Position numbers and translations under genes: made by a program
The notes under the pieces: generated by a model
Seen by the model: only the letters and a program-made list of their open reading frames with translations
Databases searched by the model: none
Told to the model about the DNA's origin: nothing
Shown: positions 55,435 to 64,000 of the stretch, in pieces
Position numbering within the stretch: position 1 is the first letter of the stretch
Layout: every line of letters starts with the position of its first letter
Assembly (NCBI RefSeq): GCF_009914755.1
Contig: NC_060926.1
Direction: 5' to 3' (one strand)
DNA: 64,000 nt
Source of the DNA: the human T2T-CHM13v2.0 reference genome, Homo sapiens

Positions 55435-56831
55435 GAATCCCGAGAGGACCCACACACCCTTGGAAAAAAGCAGACTGCTCTGCAGGACCCGGGAGACACT
55501 CCAAATACTGTGCTGGTATCCACGGCTGAGAGACCCATAGATGGTTCACATCACAGGACTCTGTGCAGACAGCCCCCAGTACCAGCTTGAAGCCAGTAGA
55601 TTTGCTGGGTGGCTAGACCAAGAAGAGAGATAACAATCACTGCAGATTGGCTCACAGGAAGCCACATCCTCAGGAAAAGGGGGAGAGTACTACATCAAGG
55701 GAACACCCCATGGATCAAAAGAACCTGAACAACAGCCTTCAGCCCTAGACCTTCCCTCTGACAGAGACTACCCAAAAGACAGGGAACCAGAAAATCAACT
55801 CTGGTAATATGACAAAACAAAGCTCTTTAACACCCCCCAAAAAATCACACTAGTTCACCAGCAGTGGATCCAAACTAAGAAGAAATCTCTGATTTATTTG
55901 AAAAATAATTCAGGAGGTTAGTTACCAAGCTAATCAGGGAGGCATCAGAGAAAGGCAAAGCCCAATGCAAGGAAATCCTAAAAAACTATACAAGAAGCAA
56001 TGAAAGAAATATTCAAGGAAATATATAGCATAAAGAAAAACTAACCAAATCTTCAGGAAATATTGGATACACTTACAGAAGTGCAAAATGCTCTGGAAAG
56101 TCTCAACAATAGAGTTGAACAAGTAGAAGAAAGAAATTCAAAGCTCAAAGACAAGGTCTTCAAATTAACCCAATCCAACAAAGACAAAGAAAAAAGAATA
56201 AGAAAATATGAACAAAGCCTCTAAGAAGTCTGGGATTATGTTAAATGACAAAACCTAAGAATAATTGGTGTTCCTGAGGAAGAAGAGAAATCCAAAGTTT
56301 GAAAAATATATTTTAGGGAATAATCGAGGAAAACTTCCCTGGCCTTGCTAGAGACACAGACATCCAAATACAAGAAGCACAAAGAACACCTGGGAAATTC
56401 ATCACAAAAAGATCATCACCTAGGCACATTATCATCAGGGTATCTAAAGTTAAGACGAAGGAAAGAATCTTAAGAGCTGTGAGAAAAAGCACCAGGTAAC
56501 CTATAAAAGAAAACCTATCAGATTAACAGCAGATTTCTCAACAGAAACCCTACAAGCTAGAAGGAATTGGGGCCCTATCTTTAGCCTCCTCAAACAAAAC
56601 AATTATCAGCCAAGAATTTTGTATCCAGCGAAACTAAGCATCATATATGAAGGAAAGATACAGTTGTTTTTCAGACTAACAAATGAGAGATTTTGCCAGT
56701 ACCGAGCCACCAGTACAAGAAATGCTAAAAGGAGCTCTAAATCTTGAAACAAATCCTGGAAACATATCAAAATAAAACCTCTTTAAAGCATAAATCACAC
56801 AGGACCTATAAAACAAAAATACATGTTAAAA

Positions 56832-56867
<36 letters not shown>

Positions 56868-59800
56868 AGGTATGCAGGCAAAAAATAGCACGATGAATGA
56901 AATGGTACCTCATATCTCAACATTAACATTGAATTTAAAAGGCCTAAATGCTCCACTTAAAGGGTACAGAACTGCAGAATGGATAAGAACTCACTAACCA
57001 ACTACCTGCTGCCTTCAGAACACTCACCTAACACATAAGGACTCACATAAACTGAAAGTAAAGCGGTGGGAAAAGGCAGTTCATGCAAATGGACATCAAA
57101 AGCGAGCAGGGGTAGCTATTCTTGTGTATGACAAAACAAACTTTAAAGCAACAGCAGTTAAAACAGGCAAAGAGGGACATTATATAATGGTAAAAGGCCT
57201 TGTCCAACAGGAAAATATCACAGTCCTAAACATATATGCACCTAACACTGGAGCTTCCAAATTTATAAAACAATTACTAATAGACCTAAGAAATGAGATA
57301 GACAGCAACACCATAATAGTGGGGGCTTTAATACTCCACTGACAGCACTAGACAGTTCGTCAAGACAGAAAGTCAACAAAGAAACAATGGATTTAAACTA
57401 TAACTTGGAACAAATGGACTTAACAGATATATACAGAACATTTCAACTAACAACCAAAGAATACATATTCTATTCAACAACGCATGGAACTTTCCCCAAA
57501 ATAGACCACATGATAGGCCATCAAATGAACCTCAATAAATTTAAGAAAAATTGAAATTATATAAAGCACTCTCTCAGATCACAATGGAATAAAACTGGAA
57601 ATCAACTCCAAAAGGAACCTTCGATACCATGGAAATTAAATAACCTGTCCCTGAATAAGCATTGGGTCAAAAACGAAATCAAGATGGAAATTAAAAAATT
57701 ATTCGAACTGAACAACAACAATGACACAACCTCTCAAAACCTCTGGGATACAGCAAAGGGGGTGCTAAGAGGAAAGTTCATAGCCCTAAACGCCTACATC
57801 AAAAAGACTGAAATAGCACAAACTGACATTTTAAGGTCACACCTTAAGGAGCTAGAGAAACAAGAACAAATCAAACCCAAACCAAGCAGAAGAAAGGAAA
57901 TAACCAATGTCAGAGCAGAACTAAACGAAATTGAAACAACAAAAATACTAAAGATAAATGAAACAAAAAGCTGGTTCTTTGAAAAGATAAATAAAAAGAT
58001 AAATAAAATCAATAGACCATTAGCAAGATTAACCAAGAAGAGAGAAAATTCAAATAACCTCATTAAGAAATGAAATGGGAGATATTACAACTGTCACCAC
58101 TGAAATACAAAAGATCATTCAAGGCTACTATGAACACCTTTATACACATAAACTAGAAAACCTAGAAGAGATGGATAAATTCCTGGAAAGATAAAACCCT
58201 CCTAGCTTAAATCAGGCAGAATTAGATACCCTGAACAGACCAATAACAAGCAGTGAGATTAAAATAATAATTAAAAAATTACCAACAAAAAAAAGTCCAG
58301 GAGCAGACAGATTCACAGAATTCTACCAGACATTCAAAGAATTGGTAGCAATCTTTTTGACACTATTCCACAAGATAGAGAAAGAGAGAACCCTCCCTAA
58401 TTCATTCTATGAAGCCAGCATAACCCTAATACCAAAACCAGGAAAGAAGATAACTGAAAAAGAAAAACTACAGACCAATATCCTTGATGAACATCAATGC
58501 TGAAATCCTTAACAAAATACTAGCTAACTGAATCCACCAACATGTCAAAAAGATAATCTGCCATGATCAAGTGGGTTTCATACCAAGGGTGCAGAGATGG
58601 TTTAACATATACAAGTCAATAAATGTGATACACCACAAAAACAGAATTAAAAACAAAATTCACATGATCATCTCAATAGATGCAGAAAAAGCATTCAACA
58701 AAACCCAGCAACCCTTTATGATTAAAACTCAGCAAAATCAGCACACAAAGGATATACCTCAATGTAATAATAGCCTTCTATAACAAATCCACAGCCATCA
58801 TAATGATGAATGGGGAAAAGTTAAAAGCATTCCCTCTGAAAACTGGAACAAGACAAGGACACCCACTCTCATCACTCCTCTTCAACATTGTACTGGAAGT
58901 CCAAGCCAGAGCAATCAGACAAGAGAAAAAAATAAAGGGCATCCAAGTCAGTAAAGAGGATGTCAAGCTGTCACTGTTTGCTGACGATATGATCATTTAC
59001 CTCAAAAACCCTGAAGACTCCTCCAAAAAGCTCCTAGAACTGGTAAAATATTGAGCAACGTTTCCTAATAGAAGATCAGTGTACACAACTCAGTAGCTCT
59101 TCTATACACCAACGACAACCAAGCTGAGAATCAAATCAAGAACTCAACCCATTTTACAACAGCTGCAAATAAAAAAACAAAATACTTAGAAATATACCAA
59201 ATCAAAGAGGTGAAAGACCTCTATAAGGAAAACTACAAAACACTGCTGAAAGAAATCATAGATGACACAAACAAATGGAAACATATCCCATGCTCATGGA
59301 TGGGTAGAATCAGTACTGTGAAAATGACCATACTACCCAAAGCAATCTACAAATTCAGTGCAATCCCAATCAAAATACCATCATCATTCTTCACAGAATT
59401 AGGAAAAAAAATTTTAAATTCATATAGAACCAAAAAAGAACCTGCATAGCCAAAGCAAGACTAAGCAAAAACAACAAATCTGGAGGCATCACACTACCTG
59501 ATTTCAAACTATACTATAAAGCCACAGTCACCAAAACAGCATGGTACTGGTATAAAAACAGACACACAGACCAATGGAACAGAATAAAGAACCCAGAAAT
59601 AAAGCCAAATACTTACAGCCAACTCATCTTTGACAAAGCAAACAAAAACATAAAGTGAGGAAAGTACATCCTTTTCAACAAATGGTGCTGGGATAATTGG
59701 CTAGCCACATGTAGGACAATGAAACTGGATCCTCATCTCTCACCTTATACAAAAATCAACTCAAGATGGACTAAGGACTTAAATCTAAGATGTGAAACTA

Positions 59801-60942
59801 TACAAATTCTAGATGATAACATTGGAGAAACCCTTCCAGACATTGGCTTAGGCAAGGATTTCATGACCAAGAACCCAAACACAAATGCAACAAAAACATA
59901 GATAAATAGTTAGGACTTAATTAAACTAAAGAGCTTTTGCACGGCAAATGGAATGGTCAGCAGAGTAAACAGACAACCTACAGAGTAGGAGAACATCTAC
60001 ACAACCTACACGATCTGACAAAGGACTAATATCCAGAATCTACAATGAACTCAAACAAATCAGTAAGAAAAAACAAATGAACCCATCAAAAAGTGGGCTA
60101 AGGACATGAATAGACAATTCTCAAAAAATGATATACAAATGACCAACAAACATATGAAAAAATGCTCATCATCACCATTGATCAGGAAAATGCAAATCAA
60201 AACCGTGATGCCACACCACCTTACTCCCGCAAGAATGGCCATAATCAAAACAATCTAAAAAACAATAGAAGTTGTCATGGATGCAGTGATCAGGGAACAC
60301 TTCCACACTGCTGGTGGAAATGTAAACTAGTACAGCCACTATGGAATACAGCGTAGAGATTCCTTAAAGAACTAAAAGTAGTATTACCATTTGATCCAGC
60401 AATCCCACTACTGGGTATCCACTCAGAGGAAAAGAAGTCATTATACAAAAAGGATACTTGCAGATGCACGTTTAGAGCAGCACAATTCGCAATTGCAAAA
60501 TTGTGGAACCAACCCAAATGCCCATCAATCAACGAGTGGATAAAGAAACTGTGGTGTATATATATGATGGAATACTACTCAGCCATAAAAAGGAATGAAT
60601 TAATGGCATTTGCAGTGACCTGGGTGATTGGAGACTATTATTCTAAGTGAAGTAACTCAGGAATGGAAAACCGAACATCGTATATTCTCACTGATATGTG
60701 GGAGCTAAGCTAGGAGGATGCAAAAGCATAAGGATACAATGGACTTTGAGGACTTGGGGGGAAGGGTGGGAAGGGGATGAGGGATAAAAGACTACAAATA
60801 TGGTGCGATGTATACTGCTCAGGTGATGGGTGCTTCAAAATCTCAAAAATCACCACTAAAGAACTTACTCATGTAACCAAATACCACCTGTACCCCAATA
60901 ACTTAAGAAAAATAAAAATAATAAGAATAACTAAAAAACAAA
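55435..60942 (+). mobile_element. Near-full-length L1PB1 (short 5' UTR, disrupted ORF1 about 55775-56760, disrupted ORF2 about 56893-60690, 3' UTR)
   Basis: ORF fragments KEGHYIMVKGLVQQENITVLNIYAPN and [10 protein letters not shown]; 3' UTR accactaaagaacttactcatgtaaccaaatacc; TSD TAAAATG(A/G)CATAACTAG at 55418-55434 and 60943-60959. Confidence 0.93.
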
Positions 60943-61487
60943 TAAAATGGCATAACTAGTATGTGGTAGACACATGATTTGAACTCAGGGAAGCTGGCAC
61001 AAGGGTCTATGTTCTTAAGCACTGCTCTCTGCTGCCTTCCATGGGGTACCTTCCCTAGTTGCATTGGAAAGAACATAGGATTAGGAATCAGAGACTTGGC
61101 TGGGTCTAATTCCAGGTTTTCTACTAACACATCTGTCAAGGGAGGTGAGACTTTCTTCTCTTTGTGTTTGTTTGGTTTTACTCTCCAGCGAGTGTGGGAG
61201 GTGCAGAGATAATAACAATATATTCTAATAAGCAGTATAATAGAGTTAAGAACCTAGGCCTGTGGGAATATGGAAAAGGCAAGCAGCTAATTTACCTGGG
61301 GACACTCCAGAAGTTTTCATTTAAGAAGCTAATTTTTGAGCTGCAAAAGAGGGTGGAGGTGATAAGTATAAGGAAAAAGAAGAAAGATGATAGTTAACAC
61401 TTACTGAGTGCTATCTGTGTACAAGGAACTGCTTTATTATCTTTTAATTATCAATTATTTAAATGATCACAGTAACTCTATAAGCTA

Positions 61488-61871
61488 TGTATTAGTTCGT
61501 TCTCACACTTCTATAAATAACTACTTGAGACTGGGTAATGTATAAAGAAAAGAGATTTAATGGACTCTCAGTTCCACAGGAGGTATAGGACACATGGCTG
61601 GCGAGGCCTCAGGAAACTTACTATCATGGCAGAAGGTGAAGAGGAAGCACGCACATCTTCACATGGTGGCAGGAGAGAAAAGGACGGAAGTGTGAAGTGC
61701 TACATACTTTTAAACAACCAGATCTCATGAGAACACACTCACTTTCATAAGAACAGCAAGGGGGAAATCCGCCCCCACGATCCAATCACCTTCCACCAGG
61801 TCCCTTCCCCAACATTGGGAATTATAATTTGACATGAGATTTGGGTGGGGATACAGAGCCAAACTACATGA
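61488..61871 (-). mobile_element. MSTA MaLR solo LTR inserted in a MIR (about 61388-62010)
   Basis: tgtattagttcgttctcacac...gagatttgggtgggga; 5-bp TSD AGCTA at 61483-61487 and 61872-61876. Confidence 0.88.
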
Positions 61872-62239
61872 AGCTAGATATTTTCATTATTCCAATATTT
61901 TAAAAAAGGAGAAATTCAGCTTCAAGATGTATGATAATTTTCTGAAAGCCACACAGCAAAGGCCAAGCTAGTGTTCAAATCTTAACTACTACATATAATA
62001 GAAAGCCTTCAGGTATGAGTCAGTGTTTTGGGGGTAGAAAACTGAGAAAGGGAATTCTAATCAAAGGAATAACCACACACAAAGGCACAGCAATGAGGAA
62101 AATCTTGAAGTGTCTGAAAAAGTGAGAAGTTTATAATCTTTGAGGTTTATTCTTCACAAAAAGTACCATCAGGAGATGGGGCTTAAGAGGAAAATCGGAA
62201 TATGATGGTGAAAACCTTGGGTTTAGATGAAATGAAAGT

Positions 62240-62643
62240 TTATATGGATTGGATCTGTGTCTCTGACCAAATCTCATGTCAAATTATAATCTCCAGTGCT
62301 GGAGGTGGGGCCCGGTGGGAGGTGATTTGATCATGGGGGCAAATTTCCCTCTTGGTACTGTCTTCGTGTTAGTGAGTTCTTGTGAGATCTGGTTGTTTAA
62401 AAGTGTGCAGCACCTCCCCACTCTTTCTCTTGCTCCTGCTCTGGCCATGTGAGATGATCCTGCTTCCCCTTTGTCTTCTGCCATGATTGCTGGCTTCCTG
62501 AGGTTTCCCTAGAAGCCAAGCAGATACCAGCATTATGTTTTCTGTATATACTATGGAACCATGAGCCAATTAAACCACTTTTCTTTATAAATTACCCCAG
62601 TCTCAGATATTTCTTTATAGCAATACAGGAATAGACTAATATA
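62240..62643 (+). mobile_element. MSTA MaLR solo LTR
   Basis: atatggattggatctgtgtc...caaatctcatgtc...gagccaattaaacc...tttctttatagcaa...gactaata. Confidence 0.88.
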
Positions 62644-63320
62644 GTAGGCCATTAGGGTATTTTTAATCATACAGTGGTGGGGAAAGGGGTTGTTATCAGA
62701 CTTGCATTTTAGGAGCACGGCTTAGGCAGCAGTGTTGATGAGGTACTGGAGTAGTGAGTGGTCTGAGAAAGCAACAGAAGTGAATTATAGCCCTTTATCC
62801 ACTCCACCTGGACTTCTGGCAGGCTAGGACCACACTCCACTTCTCTCTCTAGCTCTTACAGCAACAGATGTGTGAGCCTTGAAAAGAGATCTAATGAGTA
62901 GAATTAAATGTTTAGAACTACTTCTCAAAGATAATTCTATTGCTTTTGGATAGATATAGATCTACTTTTATTTTTGCATATGATTTTTGTATAGCATCTA
63001 TGTTTTAATAAATTAGTATGTAGTTCCCCTTTTTCTCCAAGTTAATGGGTGTCTTTTCCAATATCCAATTTAAAATTATTTATCCTTTTACCTCATTTAA
63101 TGGATTGGCTGAAATAGAAAGATTTTAAGTTTATGAAACTCTGTATAATTTGCCAGAATTTAAAGATCAGAAAAATTTAAACTTAAGTTGGAGGCCTTTA
63201 GTTGGGTTCATCATCCTTTCAGACTTATTGATCATAAAACCCTATTATTGATAGTATTTACACATACTATAAAGACATTATGCTGGATAATTTATATAAA
63301 ACATTTAATATGAAATTTTA

Positions 63321-63720
<400 letters not shown>

Positions 63721-64000
63721 TCAGCAGCAAAAGCAAGAATCAAACTCAGACTGTTCCCAGCACAAACTGTGCATGCTTCCCCTTTCCTTCTGCCACCTCC
63801 CTCCAACCAAAACCAATGCCAACCCTTATGTCTTCACTCTTCCAAAATCACAATCAGTAACATGATTCACTTCAACTTCATTGTTTTTTAAAAATGCAGT
63901 TTCCATGGAAAAACTTTCCTCCCACTCCAGGATTTATAATCCTGCTCTCAGGACCGAAGCACATTTTTTCTTTTCTTAGCCAAGTTAATTACCAGCTTTG

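Noticed and set aside
55775-60690. Retrotransposition-competent L1
   Set aside because: Both ORFs contain many stops and frameshifts; the longest piece is 129 aa.

Overview
AT-rich, CpG-depleted primate (human-like) non-coding genomic DNA. Well over half is interspersed repeats: L1s of many ages, about 11 Alus, ERV1/ERVK/ERVL/MaLR LTRs, an ERV-L internal relic, hAT DNA transposons, L2 and MIR. I recognise no cellular coding exon, RNA gene, CpG island or CRISPR array. The ORFs I can assign are decayed retroelement/transposase fragments, Alu read-through or low-complexity frames. I did not find a new biological system. The most interesting signals are mechanistic fossils: (1) a near-full-length L1PB1 whose 5' UTR appears spliced at a GT-AG intron, with the unspliced donor visible in a second copy in this window; (2) an AluY fused to an L1PA4/5 under one 17-bp target-site duplication (TSD); (3) a perfect 40-bp minisatellite between two fold-back inversions inside an L1PA4 3' UTR; (4) a 1.3-kb doubly deleted chimeric mini-L1. 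Subfamily names come from my recollection of consensus sequences, not a RepeatMasker run. Boundaries of old repeats are approximate (tens of bp).
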